Of a stretch of DNA of 64,000 nt, positions 20,005 to 28,187 are shown piece after piece (positions within the stretch are counted from its first letter, which is position 1; each line of letters opens with the position of its first letter). The position numbers were made by a program, and so were the translations under genes. The DNA comes from Pirellulaceae bacterium. Its GTDB lineage: Bacteria > Planctomycetota > Planctomycetia > Pirellulales > Pirellulaceae. The DNA lies in contig JAKVBY010000043.1 of assembly GCA_022446825.1 (NCBI GenBank), forward strand, positions 10,986 to 74,985. The letters are read 5' to 3'. The notes below the pieces were generated by a model. It was not told the DNA's origin. It searched no databases and saw only the letters and a program-made list of their open reading frames with translations.

Positions 20005-20700
20005 TCAGACCGACAAATGGGCTTGGACTAGATCCTCGCTCAATTGGCGTGTCTCCCCGCTTTCCACGACTTTCCCTCGGTCCATGATGTAGAAGTCATG
20101 ACCAAAATCCCGAACAAAATCGAGATATTGTTCTACCAGAACCACGGTCATCTCGCGAGACTCGACTAGGTCACGCAAGACATGTCCGATTTGTTGAATA
20201 ATGTTTGGCTGAATGCCCTCGGTCGGTTCGTCCAAGACTAACACGCTTGGGTTACCGACCAACGCCCTACCGATAGCCAGTTGCTGTTGCTGACCACCAG
20301 ATAAATCACCACCTCGACGTCTGCCCATTTCTTTCAACACCGGAAACAAATCATAGACTTCGTCGGGGATCGTCTTTTGATGATCATTTCTGGCCTGCAA
20401 ACCGACACGCAAATTTTCTTCCACCGTTAATTTCGAAAAGATCTGCCGACCTTGGGGTACAAATCCCAACCCCGCCACAGCCCGTTTATTCGCGGAAAGC
20501 GAGCTAATGTCCTGTTCATCGATGTGGACAACTCCCGTCGTGGGCCGTAACAATCCCATGATGTTCTTGAGTAATGTTGTCTTCCCAACACCATTCCTAC
20601 CAACCAGGCAGGTCACGCGAGCGGTCTCCATTCTCATGTCGATACCGTGCAAGATACCAACCGCACCATAGGCAAAGGAAAGATTTTCGACGGTCAACAC
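20005..20700 (-). CDS. urtE: Urea ABC transporter ATP-binding protein UrtE
   Basis: It has Walker A GRNGVGKTT, signature LSGGQQQQLAIGRAL and Walker B LVLDEPTEG. The start is uncertain. I prefer the GTG at 20700 (VLTVENLSF, with GGAG 8 nt upstream) over the ORF-track TTG at 20727. Confidence 0.88.
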   Translation of the reverse strand: MLTVENLSFAYGAVGILHGIDMRMETARVTCLVGRNGVGKTTLLKNIMGLLRPTTGVVHIDEQDISSLSANKRAVAGLGFVPQGRQIFSKLTVEENLRVGLQARNDHQKTIPDEVYDLFPVLKEMGRRRGGDLSGGQQQQLAIGRALVGNPSVLVLDEPTEGIQPNIIQQIGHVLRDLVESREMTVVLVEQYLDFVRDFGHDFYIMDRGKVVESGETRQLSEDLVQAHLSV

Positions 20701-20730
20701 AATAAGGCTCCAACTGTGTGTTCTCAACAG

Positions 20731-21528
20731 CTACCGACCGAGGTAAGCCTCGACGACTTCCGGATTCGCTTGAATATCTTCCATAAAACCCTCCGCCATG
20801 ATCTTGCCTTCGTTCAGGACGGTAACCCCGGCATCGAGACGGCGGACAAAATCCATGTCATGCTCGATGACAATGATCGAGTGCTGCCCCCGTAGCTCGA
20901 GAAGTAACTCCGCCATCAACCCAGTCTCTTCATCGGAAAGCCCGGCAGCTGGCTCATCCACCAGCAGTAAATCTGGCTCTGCGAGTACAAGCATGCTGAT
21001 TTCCAGACACTGTCTCTGACCATGGCTGAGAAATTTTGCCGGCGTCCCCGCATCACTTGTGAGGTGGACCCGCGTCATCAATTGGTGAATTTTCTCCTCT
21101 TCCTCGTGACTTGTTTTTCCCCACAGGTTCCGAAACAAATCTCGCTGACGATTGGGTAGCGCGAGTTCGAGATTCTCAAACACGGTCAAACTGTCGAATA
21201 CTGAGGGAGTTTGAAATTTCCGCCCCACGCCCAAACGCGACATGGCAATGTCGTGGACATTGGAGATTTCGTCTCCCTGCCAAAACATGTGCCCGCTGTT
21301 AATACTTGTTTTGCCACTAATGGCATCACACATCGTCGTTTTGCCAGCTCCGTTGGGCCCAATGACCACACGCAACTCATTGTGAAAAATCCCAAACTGT
21401 TCGATATCGAGAGCTTTGAACCCATCGAAGACCACCTGCACATCCTCGAGATAAACGAGAAAGGATGACAGCCTCCCATCACGGGAAAGTTCCTCCGGGC
21501 GCACGAACTGTTTTCTCTCCACACTCAA
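20731..21528 (-). CDS. urtD: Urea ABC transporter ATP-binding protein UrtD
   Basis: It has Walker A GPNGAGKTT, signature LSHGQRQCLEISM and Walker B LLLVDEPAAG. It is LivG-like, sits in the urt operon, and overlaps the urtC stop by 4 nt. Confidence 0.9.
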   Translation of the reverse strand: MSVERKQFVRPEELSRDGRLSSFLVYLEDVQVVFDGFKALDIEQFGIFHNELRVVIGPNGAGKTTMCDAISGKTSINSGHMFWQGDEISNVHDIAMSRLGVGRKFQTPSVFDSLTVFENLELALPNRQRDLFRNLWGKTSHEEEEKIHQLMTRVHLTSDAGTPAKFLSHGQRQCLEISMLVLAEPDLLLVDEPAAGLSDEETGLMAELLLELRGQHSIIVIEHDMDFVRRLDAGVTVLNEGKIMAEGFMEDIQANPEVVEAYLGR

Positions 21529-22718
21529 CCTGTCACCTCAGTCCGAGGATTAGACCAGCGACTCCAGAGACTGGCGATCCCGTCAGGTAAATAAAGCACA
21601 ACAATAATAAACAGGCCACCCAGCACAAACGGCCAGTAGTCAGGGGTCCACACCAGTTTCTCATACGTTGCCGGCGCTAAGTAATCTTCTAAAAACCAGA
21701 AGAACTCCTGTCGTGACGTCAAAAAGCTGTAAAACAAATTGACCAGCAAGGTCCCAGCAATCGCTCCGCCAAGCGTGCCTCGGCCACCTACTGCAACCCA
21801 AATCACCACTAAAATCGACTCCCGCACTTCCATGTTTGTGGGGGTGAAGATTCCCATCTGGGGAGCATAAAGCATCCCTCCCAAGCCAGCGATCATCGCC
21901 GAAACCGAAAAAATAAAGATCTTGAAAAGATGTGGCTTGTAGCCTGCGAAGCGGAGACGTGTTTCGTTATCTCGAATCGCCACCAACACACGTCCAAGCC
22001 GCGAGCGGATAATGAACGAACACATCCCATAGACAAGGGCCAATAATACAAGCGTGATGACATACAGCCCCAGTCGAGTCTTCGAATCGCTCAATTGAAA
22101 TCCCGCCATTCGGTCAAAACGCGTCAAACCATTCGTCCCACAAAGTTTCATGTCGTTCATACAAAAGACCAACCAAGCGGCCAGTGTGACAGCCTGGGTT
22201 AATACGGCAAAAAAGACGCCGCGCACACGACTTCGAAAGACGAAAAATCCGATAACAAAGGCCACAAATCCCGGAATTGCTAATCCTAAAAATAACGTTC
22301 CGGGAAGGGAAAAAAATGGTTTCCAAAACCAAGGTGTCAGGGCGTCTCCCGGCGCCTCCCCCACACCATAGGGATAAACCACGTACAGGCAGGCAGGAAT
22401 CTTCCACCCGCTGCTATCGACAATGCCCTCAGGCCCACCGTGGTGCGCAAGGTACATGCCCATCGCGTATCCGCCCAAGGCAAAGAAAAAGGACTGGCAA
22501 AGACAGAGCATACCGGTATAGCCCCACACCAAATCGAGGCTGATGGCGACCAGCGCCAAGGCTAAGTAGCGGCCCATCATATTGACCGTATCGATGCTGA
22601 CAAAACCGCCGAGATAGAGCAAGGGAATGGCAATCCCACACGCCAGCGCAATCCAGATTCCGTAATCCCTGCTGAGAAGCCGTGTTGAGATGAGAGCTCG
22701 ATTTGCTTGACTAAACAT
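21525..22718 (-). CDS. urtC: Urea ABC transporter permease UrtC
   Basis: It is a LivM-like polytopic permease. The real start is probably ATG 22718 (MFSQANRALIS), which overlaps the urtB stop as ATGTTTAG. The 63 upstream codons of the ORF-track call lie inside urtB. Confidence 0.88.
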   Translation of the reverse strand: MFSQANRALISTRLLSRDYGIWIALACGIAIPLLYLGGFVSIDTVNMMGRYLALALVAISLDLVWGYTGMLCLCQSFFFALGGYAMGMYLAHHGGPEGIVDSSGWKIPACLYVVYPYGVGEAPGDALTPWFWKPFFSLPGTLFLGLAIPGFVAFVIGFFVFRSRVRGVFFAVLTQAVTLAAWLVFCMNDMKLCGTNGLTRFDRMAGFQLSDSKTRLGLYVITLVLLALVYGMCSFIIRSRLGRVLVAIRDNETRLRFAGYKPHLFKIFIFSVSAMIAGLGGMLYAPQMGIFTPTNMEVRESILVVIWVAVGGRGTLGGAIAGTLLVNLFYSFLTSRQEFFWFLEDYLAPATYEKLVWTPDYWPFVLGGLFIIVVLYLPDGIASLWSRWSNPRTEVTG

Positions 22719-24387
22719 CTGCAAGCCTCCCCTTCGGCGGAAAGAGCCCTGCAGGTCGATACTGAATGAAAATGACGACGAAGGAGAGAATGAGAACCTT
22801 CCCCCAGATCGTGGAGAAAACGGGTTCCAACGTCTTGGTGAACACTCCCAGGCCCAGTCCAGCACAGACGACACCAACAATTTCTCCCACACCGCCCGTG
22901 ACGACAACTAAAAATGAGTCGACGATATAATTTTGTCCCATGTCCGGTGTGACTCCACCAATTAAGGTCAATGCACAGCCCGCCACACCGGCCAGTCCTG
23001 CTCCGAAAGCGAAGGTAAAACCGTCCTCATAGCGGGTATTCACACCAAGTGCGGAGGCCATTTCACGATTCTGCACCGTGGCGCGCACCAGCAAACCCCG
23101 TTTAGTATGGTTCATCAACCAATAAACAAAAACAACACACCCAGCCGTCAGCCCAATGATAAACAGCCGATTGTACGGCACCTGAAAATCTGGAATGACT
23201 TCCGAACCTCCGACGAGCCAGGTGGGACTGCTCACTCCAATGTTGTCGCCGTAACAAATGCGGACCGCTTGAATCAGTATTAGCCCCACGCCCCAGGTGG
23301 CTAACAACGTCTCAAGTGGGCGCCCATAGAGCCGACGAACGATGAGCCTTTCCATAACCAACCCGACGAATGAGGCAGCCAGAAAGGAAACGGGGAGAGC
23401 TACCAGAAAAAATGCGTTGGCCGGATGATCCGGCATCGAATGGCCAAAGGCCTCTTGAATTTCATAGGTTGCATAAGCGCCAATCATCATCAACTCGCCG
23501 TGCGCCATGTTGATGACACCCATTTGACCAAAGATGATCGATAAACCGAGTGCCATCAGGATCAGCACCGAACCGAGTGACAAACCACTGAAGATATAAC
23601 CAAGAATGCGCACTCGCCGTTGGTAAGAATTGATACTATCTAAGGCCGTTTGGCATACCGCACGGGTTTGTTCATCAAGTGGAGTTGCCTCCGCTGCCAA
23701 CAACGCCTTAATGGGAGCCGTTGCGCGAGCACTCCCCATTTCACCCAGTTCCGTCACCACAGCTCGGCGGTCTTCCACCGAGACAGCACCGTCCATCAAG
23801 CGTATCAAAGCGATACTTTCCTGGGCTCGATATTGGATTTGAGAGTCTTGTTCGCTGGTAAGCAATTCTTCGAGTTCGTCAAGGTATTCCGTGTTCCGCA
23901 GGTCCCCCAGTTTTTTCACTGCGGAGAGCCGCTCGAACTGGTCAAGTGAATAAAGCTGCAGCACGCGGATGGCGTTGACCACATCTCGGCGTTCTTTGCG
24001 CGAGGCAACCAAGCTGCGCAGATCGGCTTTGGCCGCGCGGACCGCAAGGCCATCCTGCATAATTAGCTCGCCCGTCAGCGCATCTCGAAGCTGCAACAAA
24101 TCGGGGCTATCAGCCACCGTTTCTGACATTACCGCGCGCTCTTGCCAGAGCTGGAGACTACCCAAGCGGTACGCTTCTAACGTCTCTGCCACGCGGCCAT
24201 CTTTGCTGGTCGCCAGCGAACTAATCGCCGCCATGCGAACGTCGCTCTGGGCATCGGCGAGTTTTAGAATTCGGGCACGAATGGCTGCTTCTTCAGGTGG
24301 GGCCGCAGTCTGACCCACCGCTTCAAACCACAATAGAAACACCAACACCCAACACGCCAACGCGAACTCACGGAACCCTGCACGCAT
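22711..24387 (-). CDS. urtB: Urea ABC transporter permease UrtB, long form with an N-terminal extracytoplasmic helical-repeat domain of about 260 aa
   Basis: The C-terminal roughly 295 aa form a LivH-like permease (GLSLGSVLILMALGLSIIFGQMGVINMAHGE...). The N-terminal part has one TM/signal segment followed by HEAT-like helical repeats (DVRMAAISSLATSKDGRVAETLE; ERLSAVKKLGDLRNTEYLDELEELL; RRAVVTELGEMGSARATAPIKALL). Confidence 0.88.
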   Translation of the reverse strand: MRAGFREFALACWVLVFLLWFEAVGQTAAPPEEAAIRARILKLADAQSDVRMAAISSLATSKDGRVAETLEAYRLGSLQLWQERAVMSETVADSPDLLQLRDALTGELIMQDGLAVRAAKADLRSLVASRKERRDVVNAIRVLQLYSLDQFERLSAVKKLGDLRNTEYLDELEELLTSEQDSQIQYRAQESIALIRLMDGAVSVEDRRAVVTELGEMGSARATAPIKALLAAEATPLDEQTRAVCQTALDSINSYQRRVRILGYIFSGLSLGSVLILMALGLSIIFGQMGVINMAHGELMMIGAYATYEIQEAFGHSMPDHPANAFFLVALPVSFLAASFVGLVMERLIVRRLYGRPLETLLATWGVGLILIQAVRICYGDNIGVSSPTWLVGGSEVIPDFQVPYNRLFIIGLTAGCVVFVYWLMNHTKRGLLVRATVQNREMASALGVNTRYEDGFTFAFGAGLAGVAGCALTLIGGVTPDMGQNYIVDSFLVVVTGGVGEIVGVVCAGLGLGVFTKTLEPVFSTIWGKVLILSFVVIFIQYRPAGLFPPKGRLADV

Positions 24388-24525
24388 GAAATCCGCCGCC
24401 TTCTGGTTCGCTTCGCCCTTATCACTTTAACGAGCAAGCTATCCCTATCCTGACCGAAACAGAATCAAAGTAGATCTTCTTAACGGCACAGAAACCGCCG
24501 CACAAAAACCGAAATCATAGCCGCT

Positions 24526-24573
24526 TTGCCGCCCACCGACTACCGCCGCAGCAGTAGTCGTGCAAGGCGGCAA
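24526..24573 (-). promoter_or_regulatory. Intercistronic stem-loop between urtA and urtB
   Basis: The sequence is TTGCCGCC-cac-CGACTAC-(10 nt loop)-GTAGTCG-tgcaa-GGCGGCAA. It gives 8 + 7 bp of perfect pairing inside the 220-nt urtA-urtB spacer. No adjacent U-tract is present. It is typical of mRNA-stabiliser or partial-attenuator hairpins that follow ABC binding-protein genes. Confidence 0.45.
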
Positions 24574-24607
24574 GCAACAACAAATCCAACCTGAAAAAGG
24601 TAAGCGT

Positions 24608-25975
24608 TTAGGGACCCCCGGTGGGCGCAGGAAAATCACCATCCGGGTGCAGATAACTGCTGTAGGAGTCTGGAGAAACCAAACCTTCCGTTTGGTTGAT
24701 GATCGAAAACTGACCGTCCGCTAAGATCTCGCCGATATAGACGGGCTTCAGCGTGTGCTGGTTATCGGCATGCATTTCTTTGGGGCCACCAGGAGCATCA
24801 AATTTTAATCCGTACACCGCTTGGCGAACCTGATCGACATCAAAACTACCCGCCTTTTCCACTGCGGCTTTCCAAACATAAACTCCAAAATAAGCCGCTT
24901 CGATCGGATCATCAGTCACGCGTTCACTACCACCTGGCAAACCTTCTTCGGCGCAATAGGCTTTGAAATCAGCAACAAACTTCTGGTTTTCAGGAGTGTC
25001 GATGCTTTGGAAATAATTCCAGGCTGCCAAGTGGCCAACAAGTGGCGGAACGTCCATGGCACGCAGTTCATCTTCAGCAACGGAAAATGCCATGATCGGA
25101 CAATCGGTGGAAGTCAGGCCTTGGTTGGCAAATTCCTTGTAGAAAGGAACATTGCTATCGCCGTTGATCGTCGACAAAATACAGGCGTCGCCACTGCTGG
25201 CAAATTCCTTCACCTTACCCACAATGGTCTGATAGTCCTGGTGATGGAAGGGCGTGTACTCTTCCATAATGTTCTCTTCAGGAACCCCATTTGCCAGCAA
25301 AAATGCTTTGAGCACTTTGTTGGCCGTGCGGGGGAAAACATAGTCGGTGCCCAGCAAGTAGAACTTTTTGCACGCCCCACCCTCTTCACTCATCAAATAT
25401 TCTGCGGCCGGAATGAGCTGTTGGTTCGGACTCGCACCGGTATAGAAAACATTCAGTGACTGTTCCTCTCCCTCATACTGAACAGGGTAGAAGAGCAAAG
25501 CGTTGTTCTCTTCGTAAACCGGCAAGACCGATTTGCGACTGACCGACGTCCAGCAACCAAAGGTGACGGCAACCTCTTCCGTTTTGATTAAATCCTTGGC
25601 TTTTTCCGCAAACAGATCCCAATCACTCGCTGGATCGACCACCACCGGCTCAATTGGCTGTCCCAGAACCCCGCCTGCCGCGTTGATTTCGTCTACGGCC
25701 ATCAGTACGACGTCCCGCAGCGACGTTTCGGAAATGGCCATCGTGCCGGAAAGAGAATGCAGGACACCAATCTTCACCGTTTCTGCAGAACCACTGCCAG
25801 TATCGGAGGCTGGCGCAGCTCCCTCATCGGCAGATGGCGTTGCAACTGCGTCGCTCGAAGCTGAAGAAGCCCCTGCCGGTGCTGCACCGGACCCACCATC
25901 CGCTCCCCCCGAGCATCCAATCATCGTCAGTGGCAGCACCGCCATACAGAGCAGAGAAAAAAGTCGTTTCATCAC
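24608..25975 (-). CDS. urtA: Urea ABC transporter substrate-binding lipoprotein UrtA
   Basis: The ORF is 455 aa. It has the lipobox LTMIGCSGG and a low-complexity A/S/G linker. The body is a LivK/amide-binding fold (IKIGVLHSLSGTMAISE... FGCWTSVSRKSVLPV...), as in UrtA/FmdD proteins. Confidence 0.9.
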   Translation of the reverse strand: MMKRLFSLLCMAVLPLTMIGCSGGADGGSGAAPAGASSASSDAVATPSADEGAAPASDTGSGSAETVKIGVLHSLSGTMAISETSLRDVVLMAVDEINAAGGVLGQPIEPVVVDPASDWDLFAEKAKDLIKTEEVAVTFGCWTSVSRKSVLPVYEENNALLFYPVQYEGEEQSLNVFYTGASPNQQLIPAAEYLMSEEGGACKKFYLLGTDYVFPRTANKVLKAFLLANGVPEENIMEEYTPFHHQDYQTIVGKVKEFASSGDACILSTINGDSNVPFYKEFANQGLTSTDCPIMAFSVAEDELRAMDVPPLVGHLAAWNYFQSIDTPENQKFVADFKAYCAEEGLPGGSERVTDDPIEAAYFGVYVWKAAVEKAGSFDVDQVRQAVYGLKFDAPGGPKEMHADNQHTLKPVYIGEILADGQFSIINQTEGLVSPDSYSSYLHPDGDFPAPTGGP

Positions 25976-26025
25976 ACCCGCCTTTATTCTTGAGGACTAC
26001 AAAAAGTGAAAGCACGCAAGTGCAT

Positions 26026-26040
26026 GCAAATTCAATGCCA
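26026..26040 (-). promoter_or_regulatory. Putative sigma-54 (-24/-12) promoter of the urtA...ureC unit
   Basis: The minus strand reads TGGCAT-TGAAT-TTGCA, against the consensus TGGCAC-N5-TTGCW. The spacing is exact and there is one mismatch. The -12 GC lies about 50 nt upstream of the urtA ATG, and AAGG precedes the ATG. Confidence 0.5.
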
Positions 26041-26498
26041 GAGGCCCAAAGATGTGCTAGCAAGGGAGCTTTTACCGTAGAGCGCCCCCTAGATGCCCAA
26101 AAAAGTTGCACGCCCTGCCCAGAGGAGATGCGATCTCCACCAACAAACCGTGTGCCGGGAAGCAGCAGGCAACCACCTGTTGCCGAGCGGCGCTGACGAA
26201 TCGCTTTCGAGCCTGGATTTCTTGCCCACAGGGTCACTGAAGCGAATCTTTAAACCCGATTGTCGCGCACAGGGCTGCTCAAGAGGGTCCGGTCATGACC
26301 GCTGGTTGATTTTGAATTTCTCCCCCGGCCTTCCCGGCCTTCCCGGCGCACTCACCGGCCAAGAAAGGCCTCTCTGCCAGGGGTACTACTCGGGGACGCT
26401 TTTCTGGGCCCCTCGAATGGTTACCTCGGATGGTTCCCGCGGGGATCAACCAAAACGCTGCCGTTTTTTGATCCGTCCGAGTGTTTCCAGCAGTCCAT

Positions 26499-26530
26499 AA
26501 AAAAACTGGCGGGGCTCCAGGCCCCGCCAG
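26499..26530 (-). terminator. Rho-independent terminator of the porin gene
   Basis: The minus strand reads CTGGCGGGGC-CTGGA-GCCCCGCCAG followed by TTTTTTT. This is a 10-bp GC-rich perfect stem about 50 nt downstream of the porin stop. Confidence 0.8.
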
Positions 26531-26578
26531 TCAAGGAAAACTCAAAACTGTTCTCAGTCCGTCTTAGATCAATCCGTC

Positions 26579-27901
26579 TTAGAATTGGACCTGAGCACCG
26601 AGTGTGAAGGCATTCACATCGCTTGCACCCGGCGTGTCGAGGTGTGACCAAACGCCAGAAAGCCGAGCATTGTGACCGAACATGATATAGTTCAACTGCA
26701 TGTCGAACTGATCATCCGTGCCACCCGCAGCTGCCACGTGGTCGCGATTGTAGTTCTGATAGCGTCCCATGACCTGGAACTTGCCAGGCATGTTGAAAAT
26801 GCAGAACTCGCGAGGAAACAGATAACTCGACAGCAGGAAGTAGCTATGTCCCTGACGGGGACCACCGGACGGTGGCAATATGACGACGGATCCAGAACCA
26901 TCCACACCATCATTGTCGTCAAAGTTGTAGTACGCACCTTCCAGGGTAACCACACCACAATTGGAAAGTTTACGTTCGAAAAGGGCATCAATGCTCCACC
27001 CGGTATAATCTGCTTGGCCCGGGCCAGCTACAGCATCTAGTGCATCGTGACGATGCATCAGCGTCGCACCAATTGCCAAAATGTCTTTTTCGCCGTAATA
27101 GGTACTTGCATTATAGTAACCGGGTTCTGGATCAAGCAGGTTGACCACCACGCGGCCACTGAACATCAAGTTGTCCGCACCGTTGCTGGGTGGAAGGTTA
27201 CCAGGACCGCCAGAGCTTTCACCTTCGAAAGCACCAACTTGCCACTTGAAAACACCCCCCCCATATTCACCCCAAAGTGCCGCACCATCATCACGACCTT
27301 GGAAGATGTTCGGATAGCCGAATTGAGCAAAGGGAAAATTCCAGGCGTTGAGGTAAAAGGGACCATCAAGGTTCGAGCGGTCACTCGGTGGCAAAAACCG
27401 ACCCATCCACAGATGGAGTGTATCGGTTAATTGAAATTTCAGGATCGCATCCAAGACCATCATTTGATGGTCGTCAAAATCGTTGAAACCCCAATTTTGA
27501 GCATTGGTGATGTCGGTGTTGAATTCAAACCCAATGCGTTTGTGCCCTTGGCCGTTAAAATAGAGCCGTGCGTTGTTGACACTGAAATCTTGGCGAGTGC
27601 CACCGTTGCCATTGGCATTGGCGCCTTCCATGGCCGTATAGCTGGTACGAATTCCCGCGCCAACGCTCAACCAAGTATCTTTTCCCCAAGAAAAACACTT
27701 GCCACAGCTTCCCGCCTTGCTTGTACCAACATGGTGCCGGCCCGAAGCATTCGAAAATTCGAAGGAGACTGGTTGTACAATCTCAGCCAATTCTTGATCA
27801 TGAAGGGAAACATTCGTATTTGTGTCAATACCTTGCCCATGTGCGAATATCGCCTGAGCAAAAATGGCCACGCTAAGAAATAAGGCTTGTCGCAGTTTCA
27901 T
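26579..27901 (-). CDS. Outer-membrane beta-barrel porin (unknown subfamily) adjacent to the urea transporter
   Basis: The start ATG 27901 is preceded by AAGGAGG. The signal peptide reads MKLRQALFLSVAIFAQAIFAHG. The body has alternating amphipathic beta-strand character and is rich in G/N/Y/F/D. The C-terminal residue is Phe (...LGAQVQF), the classical OMP sorting signature. Confidence 0.7.
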   Translation of the reverse strand: MKLRQALFLSVAIFAQAIFAHGQGIDTNTNVSLHDQELAEIVQPVSFEFSNASGRHHVGTSKAGSCGKCFSWGKDTWLSVGAGIRTSYTAMEGANANGNGGTRQDFSVNNARLYFNGQGHKRIGFEFNTDITNAQNWGFNDFDDHQMMVLDAILKFQLTDTLHLWMGRFLPPSDRSNLDGPFYLNAWNFPFAQFGYPNIFQGRDDGAALWGEYGGGVFKWQVGAFEGESSGGPGNLPPSNGADNLMFSGRVVVNLLDPEPGYYNASTYYGEKDILAIGATLMHRHDALDAVAGPGQADYTGWSIDALFERKLSNCGVVTLEGAYYNFDDNDGVDGSGSVVILPPSGGPRQGHSYFLLSSYLFPREFCIFNMPGKFQVMGRYQNYNRDHVAAAGGTDDQFDMQLNYIMFGHNARLSGVWSHLDTPGASDVNAFTLGAQVQF

Positions 27902-28187
27902 TGAATCCTCCTTTAGAACTCGACCGTCGCGCGAATGATCTAGCACCGCCCATGCTAAATACTGCATGCGGTTGCCGGAGAGCTTGCGGGCTATTGCGGA
28001 TCGCCTCACGAACTAGAATCCTTCTAGTCGTTCACAACAGCACATGTCCTATTTTTCGGTTGCTCTACCGCCCCACATCGCTTTGAATCAATCCAGCTGC
28101 CAAGACGCCTCACATTACCTACATTAACGTCCTTTTCTCCCACGGAAGATTACCCCAGCTGGAAGCTTACAGAGGGCATTAGCGCTT

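Noticed and set aside
21525-22907. The 460-aa version of UrtC, starting at 22907 with an N-terminal 63-aa extension.
   Set aside because: The extension overlaps the 3' end of urtB in another frame and has a low-complexity S/F/R-rich sequence. The internal ATG at 22718 gives a normal UrtC N-terminus and an ATGTTTAG coupling overlap with the urtB stop.
26324-26348. A tandem CCCGGCCTT x about 2.7 direct repeat in the porin-urtA spacer, considered as a CRISPR or microsatellite candidate.
   Set aside because: It is only 25 nt long with no spacers and no further copies in the window. It is too short for any repeat-element call and is probably incidental.
27962-27978. A sigma-54-like element upstream of the porin gene (minus strand CGGCAA-CCGCA-TGCA).
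   Set aside because: The -24 GG to -12 GC spacing is one nt too short and the TTGC element is not preserved. Sigma-54 promoters do not tolerate spacing changes.
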